Shown: positions 9,139 to 19,519 of the stretch, piece after piece
How positions within the stretch are numbered: position 1 is the stretch's first letter
Layout: every line of letters begins with the position of its first letter
Assembly: GCA_046082745.1 (NCBI GenBank)
Contig: JBJTYK010000074.1
Coordinates: 1-35,925 of the forward strand
Source: Actinomycetota bacterium
Lineage (GTDB): Bacteria > Actinomycetota > UBA4738 > HRBIN12
Direction: 5' to 3'
DNA length: 35,925 nt
Notes under the pieces: model-generated
Seen by the model: the letters and a program-made list of their open reading frames with translations, nothing else
What the model was told of the DNA's origin: nothing
Databases searched by the model: none
Position numbers and translations under genes: made by a program

Positions 9139-9699
9139 TCAGATCTCCTTCAGTTCGCGTTCCTTGTGGGCGAGCGCCTCGTCGATCGCCGCCGTGTGCC
9201 GGTCCGTGAGCTTCTGCAGCTCCTTCTCGGCGCGCGTGAGGTCGTCCTGCGAGATCTCGCCCTCGCGCTCGAGGCGCTCGAGTTCCTCCTTCGCGTGGCG
9301 GCGGACGTTGCGCACCGCCACCTTGCCCTCCTCGCCCCGGTGGTGGACGACCTTGATGAGGTCCTTGCGCCGCTCCTCCGTGAGGGGCGGGAAGTTCAGG
9401 CGGATCACCGCGCCGTCGTTCGACGGCGTGATCCCGAGGTCGCTCTGCTGGATCGCCTTCTCCATCGCCTGGATCGACCCCTTGTCGAACGGCTGGACGA
9501 CGAGGGTACGCGGTTCCGGGACGCTGAACGTCGCGAGCTGCTGGATCGGCACCTGCGAACCGTAGTAGTCCACGACCAGACGCGTGAGGAGCGCCGGCGT
9601 CGCCCGCCCGGTCCGGATGCCGGAGAGTTCCTCCTTCAGCACGGTCACGGCCTTGTCCATCTTCTCGTTCGCGTCGGCGAGAGCGACGTCGAGGGTCAC
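9139..9699 (-). CDS. frr: Ribosome recycling factor
   Basis: GTG start (cac 9697-9699) giving [38 protein letters not shown]...; full-length Frr pattern. GTGA overlap with the pyrH stop. Confidence 0.95.
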   Translation of the reverse strand: MTLDVALADANEKMDKAVTVLKEELSGIRTGRATPALLTRLVVDYYGSQVPIQQLATFSVPEPRTLVVQPFDKGSIQAMEKAIQQSDLGITPSNDGAVIRLNFPPLTEERRKDLIKVVHHRGEEGKVAVRNVRRHAKEELERLEREGEISQDDLTRAEKELQKLTDRHTAAIDEALAHKERELKEI

Positions 9700-10436
9700 C
9701 GGACGCCCCCGTGGACGAGCGTGCCGATCGGCTCCCCCGTCACCGCGCGGCGGATGTTCCCCTCGCCGCGGTAGTCGAAGACGATGATCGGCAGGTGGTT
9801 CTCCATGCACAGGGAGACCGCGGTCGCGTCCATGACCGAGTACCCCTCGCGCAGGACGTCGATGTACTCGATCTGCTCGAACCGGCGGGCGTCCTTCGAG
9901 AGGTTCGGGTCGGCGTCGTAGACGCCGTCCACCTTCGTCCCCTTGAGGATCGCCTCGGCGCCGATCTCGAGCGCGCGCTGGGCGGCCGTCGTGTCGGTCG
10001 AGAAGTACGGGGCGCCGATGCCCGCCGCGAAGATCACGATGCGCCCCTTCTCGAGGTGCCGGACGGCGCGGAGCGGAACGTACGGTTCGGCGACCTGGGC
10101 CATGTGGATCGCGGTCTGCACCCGGGTCGGCACCTCGAGCTTCTCGAGGGCGTCCTGGAGGGCGAGCGCGTTCATGACCGTCGCGAGCATCCCCATGTAG
10201 TCGGCGCGGGACCGCTCGATGCCGGGGTTCTGTCGGCCGCGGAAGATGTTGCCTCCGCCGACGACGACCGCGCACTGGACGCCGAGCGACAGGACCTCCC
10301 GGAGCTGCGCCGACAGGGTGGCGGTCGCGTCGGCCGAGATGCCGTAGCCGGTGTCACGGGGCGAGAACGCGTCACCGGAGAGCTTCAGGAGCACGCGCCG
10401 GTAGGCCGGCCTCCGCTCCGCTCCGTTGCCGCTCAC
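9696..10436 (-). CDS. pyrH: UMP kinase
   Basis: [13 protein letters not shown]..., [10 protein letters not shown] and [15 protein letters not shown] motifs. Confidence 0.95.
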   Translation of the reverse strand: MSGNGAERRPAYRRVLLKLSGDAFSPRDTGYGISADATATLSAQLREVLSLGVQCAVVVGGGNIFRGRQNPGIERSRADYMGMLATVMNALALQDALEKLEVPTRVQTAIHMAQVAEPYVPLRAVRHLEKGRIVIFAAGIGAPYFSTDTTAAQRALEIGAEAILKGTKVDGVYDADPNLSKDARRFEQIEYIDVLREGYSVMDATAVSLCMENHLPIIVFDYRGEGNIRRAVTGEPIGTLVHGGVR

Positions 10437-10455
10437 GCGCCCCTCCCCGACGTCC

Positions 10456-11061
10456 TCAGGCGGACCCTTCCCCGAGCCGGTACCGCGCGAACCGGCGCAC
10501 CGCGACGCGCTCGCCGACCTTCGCGCCGACCTCGTCGAGGAGCGCCTGCACCGTCTTCGAGTCGTCCTTCACGAACGGCTGCTCGACGAGGACGGTGTCG
10601 CCGTAGAAGGCCTTGAGCTTGCCCTCGACGATGTTCGCGACGACGTTCTCGGGCTTGCCGAGCTCCTTCGCCTGCGCCTCGTAGATGCGGCGCTCGGCCT
10701 CGACGACGTCCTCGGGGACCTCCTCGCGGGTCGCGTAGAGGGGCCCCGCGCTCGCGATGTGCAGCGCGATGTCGCGGGCGAGGTCGCGGAACTCGTCGGT
10801 GTTCGCGACGAAGTCCGTCTCGCAGTTCACCTCGACGAGGACCCCGACGCTGCGGTTGAAGTGGATGTAGCTCTCGATGACGCCCTGGTTCGCGGCCTTC
10901 CCCGCCCGCTTCGCGGCGGAGGCGAGGCCCTTCTCGCGGAGGATCTCCGTCGCGCGGGCGATGTCGCCGCCGGCGTCCGAGAGGGCGCGCTTGCAGTCCA
11001 TCATCCCGGCCCCGGTCGCCTCCCGGAGCTCCTTCACCTGCTGGGCGCTCACCTCGGTCAT
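10456..11061 (-). CDS. tsf: Translation elongation factor Ts
   Basis: [27 protein letters not shown] (UBA-like N-terminus) and [16 protein letters not shown] overlap with the rpsB stop. Confidence 0.95.
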   Translation of the reverse strand: MTEVSAQQVKELREATGAGMMDCKRALSDAGGDIARATEILREKGLASAAKRAGKAANQGVIESYIHFNRSVGVLVEVNCETDFVANTDEFRDLARDIALHIASAGPLYATREEVPEDVVEAERRIYEAQAKELGKPENVVANIVEGKLKAFYGDTVLVEQPFVKDDSKTVQALLDEVGAKVGERVAVRRFARYRLGEGSA

Positions 11062-11819
11062 GCGGCCCCCGCTGCGCCGGGAGTCGGCTCGGGCGTGATC
11101 TCCGGCTCCGTCGCTCGCGTGACGAGCGCCTCGCGTCCCGCCTGACGTCCCTCCGCGAGCGCGTCGGCGATGACGCGGGTCACGAGGGCGACCGATCGGA
11201 TCGCGTCGTCGTTGCCGGGGATGATGTAGTCGACCTCGTCGGGATCGCAGTTCGTGTCGACGATCGCGATGATCGGCAGGCCGAGCTTCCGCGCCTCGCC
11301 GACCGCGATCTGCTCCTTCTTCGTGTCGATGACGAAGATCGCGTCGGGGAGCCGCTCGAGGCCGCGCATGCCCCCGAGGTTGCGCTCGAGCTTCTCGCGC
11401 TCGTGGCGCAGCCGGATCGCCTCCTTCTTCGGCAGGACCTCCATCGCGCCGGTGCGCTCCATCTCGTGGAGCTCGCGCAGACGGATCAGGCGGCGCGAGA
11501 CCGTCGAGAAGTTCGTGAGCATGCCGCCGAGCCACCGCGTGGTGACCGAGGGCATGCCGACGCGTTCGGCGTTGTCGCGGATGACCTCCTGCGCCTGCTT
11601 CTTCGTTCCCACGAAGAGCACCGTGCCGCCGCGGCGACCGAGGTCGCGGGCGTACGCGCAGGCTTCCTCGAGGCCGACGAGCGTCTTCTCGAGGTCGACG
11701 ATGTAGATGCCGGAGCGTTCCCCGAAGAGGTAGCGGCCCATCTTCGGATTCCAGCGCCGCGTCTGGTGCCCGAAGTGCACCCCTGCTTCGAGGAGCTCCC
11801 GCCTGGTGACGACGGGCAC
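11058..11819 (-). CDS. rpsB: 30S ribosomal protein S2
   Basis: [27 protein letters not shown]..., [10 protein letters not shown] and VDTNCDPD. Confidence 0.97.
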   Translation of the reverse strand: MPVVTRRELLEAGVHFGHQTRRWNPKMGRYLFGERSGIYIVDLEKTLVGLEEACAYARDLGRRGGTVLFVGTKKQAQEVIRDNAERVGMPSVTTRWLGGMLTNFSTVSRRLIRLRELHEMERTGAMEVLPKKEAIRLRHEREKLERNLGGMRGLERLPDAIFVIDTKKEQIAVGEARKLGLPIIAIVDTNCDPDEVDYIIPGNDDAIRSVALVTRVIADALAEGRQAGREALVTRATEPEITPEPTPGAAGAA

Positions 11820-11964
11820 TGCGTCCTCCTTGTCCGGTTTTCCCTCCGCGCGGTTCGACCCGTCTCCGGCCCGGTCGGAACCGGGACCCCGGGGGACGGT
11901 CCCCGCGCGTGCGTGCTCGGCTCTCGCCGGCGGGCGGAGTCTAGCAGCGGGCCCCCGGATGGGG

Positions 11965-12891
11965 TCAGGCCCCGCGCGCGGGGCGCTGCCGGGCGCGGCG
12001 GGGCGCCGGGGCGGGCACGACCTCCGCGACCGCGAGGTAGCGGTAGGCGAAGGCGGCGAGGAACGCGAGATGGAGGTAGGTGGCGACGAGCGCGTAGGTC
12101 CACACGCCGACCGAGGGGTTCACGCCGAGACGGGATCCATCGGGCGCGACGGCCACGAGGATCGGCAGGCAGAGGAAGAAGTACGTGAGGCACAGGTGCA
12201 GGTGCCGGCTCCCCGGCATGAGCGCCGCGCGCATCCCCTTGCGCACCGCCTCGGGACCGGGCAGGCCCTCGTGCGCCGCGACGATCGGACCGTAGGTGAA
12301 CAGCACGAGCGCGGCGATGAGCGTGACGACCGAGCCGAGGAATCCGAGTCCCGGTCCGAGGAGCGGCAGCACGACGCTGCCGACGAGCATGAGTCCGAGC
12401 CCGAGGAGACCGCCGATCAGGGCCGCCGGCACGGCGCGGAGTCCGCGGATGAGCCCGAGGAGCGGCGAGGACCGTTCGACCGCGGCGACCGCGAGCCCGG
12501 CGAGGAGCGCGACGAGGAACGAGCGCACGAGGAGGAACCCGGTCGTCGCGGCGAAGCCCTCGGCGCCGTAGCCGAACATCGAGGTCGCGTTCAGCGAGTC
12601 GACGTACGTCGAGATCGGCGGCAGCGCGACGAGGTTCACGAGCCGACCGAACGGACCGTCGAGGCCGACCGCGACGAGCGCGAACCACAGGAGCGGGAGC
12701 AGGAGCAGCCCCGCGGCGAGGTAGGGCGTCGAGGCGGCGGTGCAGAGGAAGCCCCGCACGAGCGAGCGCGCCGCGGGCGGGAACGGCGAGTCGGCGTCGG
12801 GGCGCTGCAGGAGCGCGACGAGGCGAGGGACGCGACCGGGGGCGGTCCGGCGTCCGCCGTTGCCGGTCGGATCGGGCGTCCGCGGACTCAC
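11965..12891 (-). CDS. Polytopic integral membrane protein, unknown function
   Basis: About 7 hydrophobic segments with high GC3. The GTG at 12891 forms a GTGA overlap with the upstream propeller gene. No family recognised. Confidence 0.55.
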   Translation of the reverse strand: MSPRTPDPTGNGGRRTAPGRVPRLVALLQRPDADSPFPPAARSLVRGFLCTAASTPYLAAGLLLLPLLWFALVAVGLDGPFGRLVNLVALPPISTYVDSLNATSMFGYGAEGFAATTGFLLVRSFLVALLAGLAVAAVERSSPLLGLIRGLRAVPAALIGGLLGLGLMLVGSVVLPLLGPGLGFLGSVVTLIAALVLFTYGPIVAAHEGLPGPEAVRKGMRAALMPGSRHLHLCLTYFFLCLPILVAVAPDGSRLGVNPSVGVWTYALVATYLHLAFLAAFAYRYLAVAEVVPAPAPRRARQRPARGA

Positions 12892-14210
12892 GGCGCACCC
12901 TCGTCGGCGCGGCGCCGCCGACCCGTCGGCAGGAACCGGCGGGCGAGGCCGCCGGGCAGGATCGCGACCCCGAACGCGACGATCGCGAAGGCGACGACGA
13001 AGCGACCGAGCGACCCGACGAGGTCGAGAGCCGTCGGGGACGCGACGTCGAGGCGCCTGCCCTCGGGATCGGTCGCGAACGCGAGGACCCCCGGATCGCC
13101 CCCCGACTTCGGCACGATGACGAGATCGCCGGCGATCGCGATCGGGCCGAGGAGACCGGGGCCGGTCGCGCGGTCGACGACGACGTGGCCGTTCGACCGG
13201 TCGAGCGCGACGAGGTGCCCGTCGTTCGTCCCGATGACGATCGCGTCGCCGGCCGCGACCGGCGAGGACCGCACGACGAGTCGGTTCAGCTGCTGGTCCC
13301 AGGCCCGCTCCCCCGTCGCGAGGTCGAAGCGGTAGACGCCGCCCGCGTAGTCGGCCATGTAGACGGCGCCCTCCGCGACGAGGGGTGCGCCGACCGGCGA
13401 CGGGACGTTCACGAGGAGCGCGTTCCACCGCTCGCGCCCCGTCGCGGGATCGAGGACGCGCAGCAGTCGGTCGGCGCCCGCGACGACGACGTCGTCGCGG
13501 TCCGCGGCGATCGCCGACCCCGCGGGGATCGCGGAGGCGACGGTGTCGCCCCACACCGGCGCGCCGCTCGCGGCATCGAGGGCCGCGAGTCGCGCGGGGG
13601 CGTCCTCCGGACGCCCGGCGACGAGGAGGACATCGCCCGCGAGCGCGGGCGGGGCGTCCGAGGCGCCCGCGGCGTCGGCGGTCCATCGCTCGTCTCCGTT
13701 CGCGAGATCGAGCGCGGTGAGCACGCCGTCGCCGTCCACGACGTAGGCCAGGCCGTCGGCGAGCGTCACGGGCGCGGGGATGCCGGCGTCGAACCGCACG
13801 CGCCAGCGTTCCGAGCGGTCGCCGAGATCGAGCCCGACGACGTCCGCGGGATCGGCGCCCGACGTCGAGGTCGCGCCGCGCTCGGCGGACTCGGTGAACA
13901 CGAGGAGCGGTCGACCCGCGACGCGGGCGACGGCGGGCCGCAGCAGCGGCCCGCCGGAGCGCGCGACCGTCCACGCGAGTCGGCCCTCCGCGAGGTCGAC
14001 GGCGACGACGGCGTCGGCGGTGACGCCGAGCGCGAGGTCCTCCGCGACGGCGAGGCCGCTCGTCGGCGCCTCGGTGTCGACCCGCCACGCGAGCCGGTAG
14101 GGCGGCGCGAGCGCGGTCGCGACCGTCGGCGCGAGCGCGAACGCCGCCACGAGGAGGGCGGACGCCCGGGCGGGACGCGCGAGGCGACGGGGGGCGGTGC
14201 GTGGAGCCAG
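12888..14210 (-). CDS. PQQ-like (BamB/YxaL-like) beta-propeller repeat protein with N-terminal signal/anchor and C-terminal TM helix
   Basis: Repeated units such as VVAVDLAEGRLAW, LTALDLANGDERW, LAALDAASGAPVW, LRVLDPATGRERW, VYRFDLATGERAW and LVALDRSNGH. The start is uncertain. The track ORF N-terminus is Arg/Ser-rich and overlaps the M23 gene. CTG 14210 follows AGGAGG by 7 nt. Confidence 0.65.
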   Translation of the reverse strand: MAPRTAPRRLARPARASALLVAAFALAPTVATALAPPYRLAWRVDTEAPTSGLAVAEDLALGVTADAVVAVDLAEGRLAWTVARSGGPLLRPAVARVAGRPLLVFTESAERGATSTSGADPADVVGLDLGDRSERWRVRFDAGIPAPVTLADGLAYVVDGDGVLTALDLANGDERWTADAAGASDAPPALAGDVLLVAGRPEDAPARLAALDAASGAPVWGDTVASAIPAGSAIAADRDDVVVAGADRLLRVLDPATGRERWNALLVNVPSPVGAPLVAEGAVYMADYAGGVYRFDLATGERAWDQQLNRLVVRSSPVAAGDAIVIGTNDGHLVALDRSNGHVVVDRATGPGLLGPIAIAGDLVIVPKSGGDPGVLAFATDPEGRRLDVASPTALDLVGSLGRFVVAFAIVAFGVAILPGGLARRFLPTGRRRRADEGAP

Positions 14211-14268
14211 CGTCGGACCTCCTGCCGTTCGGGCGCCGTGCGGGGGTTCCCGCAATCCTAGACGCGGG

Positions 14269-14748
14269 TCAGGCGCGCGGCGCGAGGCGGAGGAACCCCG
14301 AGAGGTCGATCGGACCGAGCAGCGGAAGGGGGTCGAGGTAGACGCCCGACGATCTCGCCCCGAGGTGGACGTGCGGGGTCGTCGACCCCGGATGTCCCTC
14401 GCCACAGGTCGCGACGCTCGCGCCGACGGCGACCACCTGCCCCTTGCGGACGAGGGTCTGCGCGACCCAGGAGTACGTGCTCTGGAGACCACCACCGTGG
14501 TCGACGGTGACGTAGCGCTGTCCCCCGACGCTCCCCGCGAACGAGACGGTTCCGGCGGCCACGGCGCGGATCGCGGCGCCGCGGGCGCAAGCGATGTCGA
14601 CCCCGCGGTGACCCGCGCCGTAGGGCGTGTCGGGCGGGTCGTAGGCGCGGATCACCGGTCCGACGACGGGCCACGACCACGAGCCCGCGGCGTGGGCGGC
14701 CGTCGGCGCGGCGACGACGAGCGCGAGCTTCGACGCGAGAGCGACCAC
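14269..14748 (-). CDS. Secreted M23 family metallopeptidase (LytM-like)
   Basis: Signal-like N-terminus, then HRGVDIA ... TVDHGGGLQSTYSW ... HVHLG, the M23 zinc and catalytic motifs. Confidence 0.82.
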   Translation of the reverse strand: MVALASKLALVVAAPTAAHAAGSWSWPVVGPVIRAYDPPDTPYGAGHRGVDIACARGAAIRAVAAGTVSFAGSVGGQRYVTVDHGGGLQSTYSWVAQTLVRKGQVVAVGASVATCGEGHPGSTTPHVHLGARSSGVYLDPLPLLGPIDLSGFLRLAPRA

Positions 14749-14776
14749 CGCGCCGACGGCCGTCCGGCGGATGCGA

Positions 14777-15559
14777 TCAGCGCGCGTCGTCGCCCTCCGT
14801 CTCCTCGAACGCCCGCCGGAGGAGACGGAGGGCGTGACCGTGCACCTGCGACGTCCGCGAGTGGGAGATGCCGAGCAGTCCGGAGATCTCGAGGAGCGTC
14901 ATCCCGACGAGGTCGTGCAGCCACACGACGCGGGCCTCGCGTTCGGGCAGGGATCCGAGTGCGTTCGCGAGGATGGCGCGCGTCTCGCCGCCGTCCTCGG
15001 CGGCGAGCGGATCGGCGTCGCGGGTCGAGAGGAGCTCCTCGAGCGGGAGGATGACCGCGTTCTCGACGTCGGCTCGGACGCGTCGGTAGCGCGCGCGGGA
15101 GATCCCGAGGCGCTGCGCGACCTCGGCCTCGGTCGGGATGCGACCGAGCGAGGCCTCGAGCTCGGCGGACGCCGTCTCGACGCGACGCGCCGCCGCGCGC
15201 ACCGAGCGGGGCGCCCAGTCGTTCGCGCGCAGGGCGTCGAGCATCGCCCCGCGGATCCGCACCGCGGCGTACGTCGAGAACGCGCAGCCACGGCGCGCGT
15301 CGAAGCGTTCGATCGCGTCGACGAGGCCGAACGTGCCGTCGGAGACGAGGTCCTCGAGCTCGACCTCGTCGGACAGGAGCGTCCGCGCGCGCCGCGCGAG
15401 CGAACGGACGAGCGGGAGGTAGTGGACGATGAGGACGTCGCGCTCGGCGACGTCGTGGCGCGCGTGGTACCGCGCCCACACGTCGGCGACCTGCCGATCC
15501 CGGTCGTGGACCCGTCTCCCCCGACCGCGCCCCCTCGCGCGTTCGGACCCCGTGCTCAC
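14777..15559 (-). CDS. whiG: RNA polymerase sigma factor, FliA/WhiG family
   Basis: Regions 2-4 are recognisable (LVSDGTFGLVDAIERFD, FSTYAAVRIRGAMLD, LLEISGLLGISHSRTSQVH). Its location near xerC and rpsB parallels Streptomyces whiG. GTGA overlap with the xerC stop. Confidence 0.7.
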   Translation of the reverse strand: MSTGSERARGRGRGRRVHDRDRQVADVWARYHARHDVAERDVLIVHYLPLVRSLARRARTLLSDEVELEDLVSDGTFGLVDAIERFDARRGCAFSTYAAVRIRGAMLDALRANDWAPRSVRAAARRVETASAELEASLGRIPTEAEVAQRLGISRARYRRVRADVENAVILPLEELLSTRDADPLAAEDGGETRAILANALGSLPEREARVVWLHDLVGMTLLEISGLLGISHSRTSQVHGHALRLLRRAFEETEGDDAR

Positions 15560-16485
15560 GCCCTCGGATGGCTCCTTCCGTACGCCTCGAACAGTCGGGA
15601 GCGCGACACGTGGGTGTAGCGCTGCGTCGTCGCCACGCTCGCGTGGCCAAGGAGTTTCTGGACGGCACGGAGATCCGCGCCGCCCTCGAGGAGGTGCGTC
15701 GCGAAGGAGTGCCGGAACGTGTGCGGCGTGACGCGCTTGCCGGTCGCGCGCGCCAGCCGCTCGATCATCGCCCGCACATCGCGCGGGGTGAGCGGCTTGC
15801 GACGGCGGTTGAAGAAGAGGAGATCGCCGGCGCCGCGTTCCGGCGCGAGGACGTCGCGGCCGTCGGCGAGGTAACGCTCGACGGCATCGGCGGCGAGGTC
15901 GGCGATCGGCACCTCGCGTTCCTTCGAGCCCTTGCCCATCACGAGCACCCGGCCGCGACCGAGGTCGACCCGGTCGCGGGTGAGCCCCGTCACCTCCGAG
16001 ACGCGGAGCCCGGATCCGTAGAGGAGCTCGAGAACGGCGCGGTCGCGGAGCGCCACCGCGCGGTCGATCGGCCCCGCATCGGGTGCGGCTGCCGGCGCCT
16101 CGACCAGGTCGGCGGCCTCCGCGGGTCGGAGCACCGTCGGCAGCCGCGACACGATCTTCGGCCGCCCGAGGAGCGTGGCGGGGTCCTCGCGGACGGCGGC
16201 CTGGGCGTGCGCCCAGCGGAAGAACGTGCGGATCGCGCCGACCCGACGGGCGATCGACGCGCGGGCGTAGCCGAGGGTCGTCTGCTGCGCGAGGAAGCGG
16301 CGGAGGTCGTGGTAGGTGGCGGTGCGGAACGCGCCCTGGCCGCGCTCGAGGAACTCGGCCAGCTGCGCGAGATCGCGTCGATAGGCGGCGACGGTGTTCG
16401 GCGACAGGTGCCGCTCGCGCTCGAGGTGCGCGACGAAGCGGTCGATGAGGGCTGCATCGGCGTTGGCGCGGCTCGTCATGGCCAT
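15556..16485 (-). CDS. xerC: Tyrosine recombinase XerC/XerD family
   Basis: Start MAMTSRANADAALIDRFVAHLERERHLSPNTVAAYRRDL. Catalytic-region motifs LLYGSGLRVSE, HTFRHSFATHLL and LGHASVATTQRYTH. Confidence 0.88.
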   Translation of the reverse strand: MAMTSRANADAALIDRFVAHLERERHLSPNTVAAYRRDLAQLAEFLERGQGAFRTATYHDLRRFLAQQTTLGYARASIARRVGAIRTFFRWAHAQAAVREDPATLLGRPKIVSRLPTVLRPAEAADLVEAPAAAPDAGPIDRAVALRDRAVLELLYGSGLRVSEVTGLTRDRVDLGRGRVLVMGKGSKEREVPIADLAADAVERYLADGRDVLAPERGAGDLLFFNRRRKPLTPRDVRAMIERLARATGKRVTPHTFRHSFATHLLEGGADLRAVQKLLGHASVATTQRYTHVSRSRLFEAYGRSHPRA

Positions 16486-16507
16486 CTGCCTCCGGGGGGA
16501 GGGGGAC

Positions 16508-16536
16508 CTTCTACCAATTCGCGGGGAGGCGTTCAA
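16508..16536 (-). promoter_or_regulatory. Candidate sigma-70-type promoter for xerC-whiG
   Basis: The minus strand reads TTGAAC, a 17-nt spacer, then TAGAAG. It lies in the locally AT-richer 47-nt dprA-xerC gap. The -35 box overlaps the dprA stop. Motif match only. Confidence 0.3.
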
Positions 16537-17465
16537 GTTCGCTCCCCCCTCGGGACGGAACCGCGCGTGGCCGCCGACGCGCGCCGCTCGAACCGACCGC
16601 CCACCGCGCGCACGAGTCCCTTCAGTTCGAGCGCGAGGAGCACCGGGAGCGCCTCCGCGACGCCGACGCCGAGCGCTTCCGCGACGGCCTCCGGGAGCGT
16701 GCGATCGCCGACGGCCTCGAAGGCGCGGCGCTCGGCCTCGCTCAACCCGACGTCGGCGGCGGACGCCTCGGCCGGGACCTCGATCCCGAGTTCGGCGAAG
16801 ACGTCGTCGACGCCGCGCACGAGCGCCGCCCCCTCGCGGATGAGCGCGTTCGGGACCGCGGAGAGCGGACTCGCGATCGACCCCGGGACCGCCATCACCG
16901 TGCGTCCGAGGTCGAGCGCGTGTTCCGCCGAGATGAGCGAACCGCTCCCCTGCTCCCCCTCGACGACCACGAGTGCGCGGGCGAGGCCCGCGACGATGCG
17001 GTTCCGTGCCGGGAAGCGGAACGGCATCGCCGGCACGCCGGGCGTGTACTCGCTCACGACGGTGCCGGTCGCGGCGATGCGCTCGATGAGCGGCGCGCTC
17101 GACGCCGGGTACGCCACGTCGATCCCGGACCCGAGCACCGCGACGGTGGGCGCACCCGCGTCGAGCGCGCCCTCGTGCGACGCCGAGTCGATGCCGCGTG
17201 CCGCGCCGCTCACGACGATCCACCCGACCTCGCCGAGCCGGCGGCCGAGCCCGCGCGCGATCTCGCGCCCCAGCGGGCTGCACGCCCGCGCGCCGACGAT
17301 CGCGATGAGCCGCTCCGCGGACGGGAGCGGGCGACCGCGGAGGAACAGCCCCGCGGGCGGATCGTGGAGATCGAGGAGCTGTCCGGGATACCCATCGCTC
17401 CCCCGCGCGACGTAGACGGCCGAACGGCGTGCCGGGTCGTCGGTCGGGACGCGGTCAGCCGACAC
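16533..17465 (-). CDS. dprA: DNA-protecting/processing protein DprA (Smf)
   Basis: YPGQLLDLHDPPAGLFLRG..., IVGARACSPLG, VVSGAARGIDSASHEGAL, FPARNRIVAGLA and a C-terminal winged-helix-like tail. The GTG 17465 start overlaps comM by 11 nt, so the start is uncertain. Confidence 0.85.
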   Translation of the reverse strand: MSADRVPTDDPARRSAVYVARGSDGYPGQLLDLHDPPAGLFLRGRPLPSAERLIAIVGARACSPLGREIARGLGRRLGEVGWIVVSGAARGIDSASHEGALDAGAPTVAVLGSGIDVAYPASSAPLIERIAATGTVVSEYTPGVPAMPFRFPARNRIVAGLARALVVVEGEQGSGSLISAEHALDLGRTVMAVPGSIASPLSAVPNALIREGAALVRGVDDVFAELGIEVPAEASAADVGLSEAERRAFEAVGDRTLPEAVAEALGVGVAEALPVLLALELKGLVRAVGGRFERRASAATRGSVPRGERT

Positions 17466-18990
17466 GCTGGAGCGCCTCCTCGGTCGGATCCGCGCGGTAC
17501 GCGAGTGCCTCACCGACGTGCGCCGGGAGCACGTCGTCGGATCCGGCCAGGTCCGCAACCGTCCGCGCCACCTTGATCGTGCGGTCGAACCCGCGTCCCG
17601 TGAGCCCCAGCGTGTCGACCGCCCGCGCGAGCAGGTCGCGCGCGTCGGCGGAGAGCCTCGCCTCGCGCCGCGCGAGCGGGCCCGGGAGCCGCGCGTTGCT
17701 CCCGACGCCGAGGTGGTCGAGCCGCGCGCGCTGCCGCTCCCGGGCCCGCTCGACGCGTTCGCGCACCGCGGCGGAGGCCTCCCCGGTCTGTTCCCCGAGG
17801 AGCTCTTGCTTCGACAGCCGTGGCACGACGATGCGGATGTCGATCCGGTCGAGGAGCGGTCCCGAGAGCTTCTGCCGGTACTGCTGCGCGCGCGTCGGCG
17901 TGCACCGACAGGTCCGCGTGGGATCGCCGTCGAAACCGCACGGGCAGGGGTTCGACGCCGCGACGAGCGTGAAGCGCGCGGGGAACTCCGCCGCGCCGCC
18001 CGCCCGCGCCACGACGACGCGCCCGTCCTCGAGCGGCTGCCGCAGGCCCTCGACCGCGTCGCGGCGGAACTCGCTGAGTTCGTCGAGGAACAGGACCCCC
18101 TCGTGCGCGAGCGAGACCTCGCCCGGACGCAGGTGTCCGCTGCCGCCGCCGAGGAGACCCGCGGCGGAGATCGAGTGGTGCGGGGCGCGGAACGGACGGC
18201 GCTCCGCGAGCCCGCGCGGCAGGATGCCGGCGACGGAATGGAGCTGCGTCACCTCGAGCGCCTCGCCGCGGGAGAGCGTCGGCAGGATCGTCGCCAATCG
18301 CCGCGCGAGCATGGTCTTGCCCGCGCCGGGCGCGCCGAGCAGGAGGAGGTTGAGCCCGCCGGCAGCCGCGACCTCGAGTGCCCTGCGGGCCTGGCCCTGT
18401 CCCCGGACCTCCGCGAGGTCGGCGGCGGGCGCCTCCGGCTCGCTCGGCGACGCGACCGCCTCGGGCGCCGCCGGGGGCGTTCCGGAACGCAGGAACGCGA
18501 GCACCTCGGCGAGCGTCGTCGCCGCGACGACCTCGAGCCCGTCGACGAGGGATGCCTCCGGCGCGTTCGACGCGGGCACGACGACGCCGCGCATCCCCGC
18601 GCGCGCGGCGGCGATCGCGACGGAGAGGACGCCCGGCGTCGCGACGAGCGACCCGCGGAGCGAGAGTTCGCCGACGAACGCGTACGCCGCCGCCCGCGCC
18701 GCCGGCGCCTGGCCCGTCGCGACGAGCACGCCCATCGCGACGGGGAGGTCGAGTCCGGGGCCGTCCTTGCGGAGGTTGCCCGGCGAGAGGTTCACGACGA
18801 CGCGGCGCAGCGGCCACTCGAGCCCGCTGCTCTCGACGGCGGGACGGATGCGCTCCCGCGCGTCCTGCACGGCCGCGCCGGGGAGCCCCGTGAGGATCAG
18901 CGACGGGAGTCCGCGGCCGATGTGCGCCTCGACGACGAACGGCATCCCGCGGACCCCGATCACCGAGACGCCCGTGACGCGACCGTACAT
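17455..18990 (-). CDS. comM: Mg-chelatase-like AAA+ protein YifB/ComM
   Basis: 511 aa with a Lon-like N-domain, Walker A LLLGAPGAGKTMLA, GVLFLDELSEF, and a C-terminal ChlI-like helical region. Confidence 0.92.
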   Translation of the reverse strand: MYGRVTGVSVIGVRGMPFVVEAHIGRGLPSLILTGLPGAAVQDARERIRPAVESSGLEWPLRRVVVNLSPGNLRKDGPGLDLPVAMGVLVATGQAPAARAAAYAFVGELSLRGSLVATPGVLSVAIAAARAGMRGVVVPASNAPEASLVDGLEVVAATTLAEVLAFLRSGTPPAAPEAVASPSEPEAPAADLAEVRGQGQARRALEVAAAGGLNLLLLGAPGAGKTMLARRLATILPTLSRGEALEVTQLHSVAGILPRGLAERRPFRAPHHSISAAGLLGGGSGHLRPGEVSLAHEGVLFLDELSEFRRDAVEGLRQPLEDGRVVVARAGGAAEFPARFTLVAASNPCPCGFDGDPTRTCRCTPTRAQQYRQKLSGPLLDRIDIRIVVPRLSKQELLGEQTGEASAAVRERVERARERQRARLDHLGVGSNARLPGPLARREARLSADARDLLARAVDTLGLTGRGFDRTIKVARTVADLAGSDDVLPAHVGEALAYRADPTEEALQRVG

Positions 18991-19025
18991 GGGCGGCGGA
19001 CGCTAGCGCGCGGTGCTGACAGCGA

Positions 19026-19415
19026 TCAGAACGCGTCCTCGAACACGTGCACCTCTGCGCCGCGCGCGAGCAGGCGCACGCTCGCGACGTCGAAGCGGAT
19101 CGACGCGGACGCACGCGTGCGATCCGTCGCGAGGAACGCTTCCGTCACGCGGCGGATCGTCCGACGCTTCGCCGGACCGACGGCCTCCCAACCACCACCG
19201 AAGGTCGCAGAGGTCCGAGCCTTCACCTCGCAGACGACGAGCGTCCCGTCGCGCTCGAGGACGAGGTCGAGCTCGCCGAGCGCGCACCGCCAGTTGCGGG
19301 CGACGAGCCGGTACCCGAAGGCGAGGTACCGATCGAGGGCGGCCTGCTCGCCGGACCTCCCCCGCACCGCGCGCGGATCCGACACCGCGCGCACGTTAGC
19401 CGCAGGCACCGACAC
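19026..19415 (-). CDS. yraN: YraN-family (UPF0102) endonuclease-like protein
   Basis: GEQAALDRYLAFGYRLVARNWRCALGELDLVLERDGTLVVCEVKAR matches the PD-(D/E)xK YraN pattern. Its position next to comM is conserved in actinobacteria. Confidence 0.82.
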   Translation of the reverse strand: MSVPAANVRAVSDPRAVRGRSGEQAALDRYLAFGYRLVARNWRCALGELDLVLERDGTLVVCEVKARTSATFGGGWEAVGPAKRRTIRRVTEAFLATDRTRASASIRFDVASVRLLARGAEVHVFEDAF

Positions 19416-19425
19416 CCGGCGGGGT

Positions 19426-19455
19426 TTGACCCGGAGCGCATCGGCGGAGCAGACT
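19426..19455 (+). promoter_or_regulatory. Candidate promoter for the secreted-protein gene
   Basis: TTGACC (19426-19431), an 18-nt spacer, then CAGACT (19450-19455). A GAGAGGAAGGGGA Shine-Dalgarno region follows before ATG 19520. Motif match only. Confidence 0.35.
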
Positions 19456-19519
19456 CCGGGTCCGATCCGCAGGAGGCGCGGCCTTCCCCCCTCGCCGAAC
19501 CGAGAGGAAGGGGACGACC

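Noticed and set aside
11845-11870. GGTTCGAcCC string resembling a tRNA T-loop in the rpsB leader region.
   Set aside because: The flanking bases do not form a T-arm, and no acceptor or anticodon stems could be built. No tRNA-like cloverleaf exists anywhere in the window.
14211-14495. The N-terminal ~95 aa of the 535-aa track ORF for the propeller protein.
   Set aside because: It is an Arg/Ser-rich stretch with poor coding bias that overlaps the M23 peptidase gene on the same strand. The signal-peptide-like segment starts only after about 14210.
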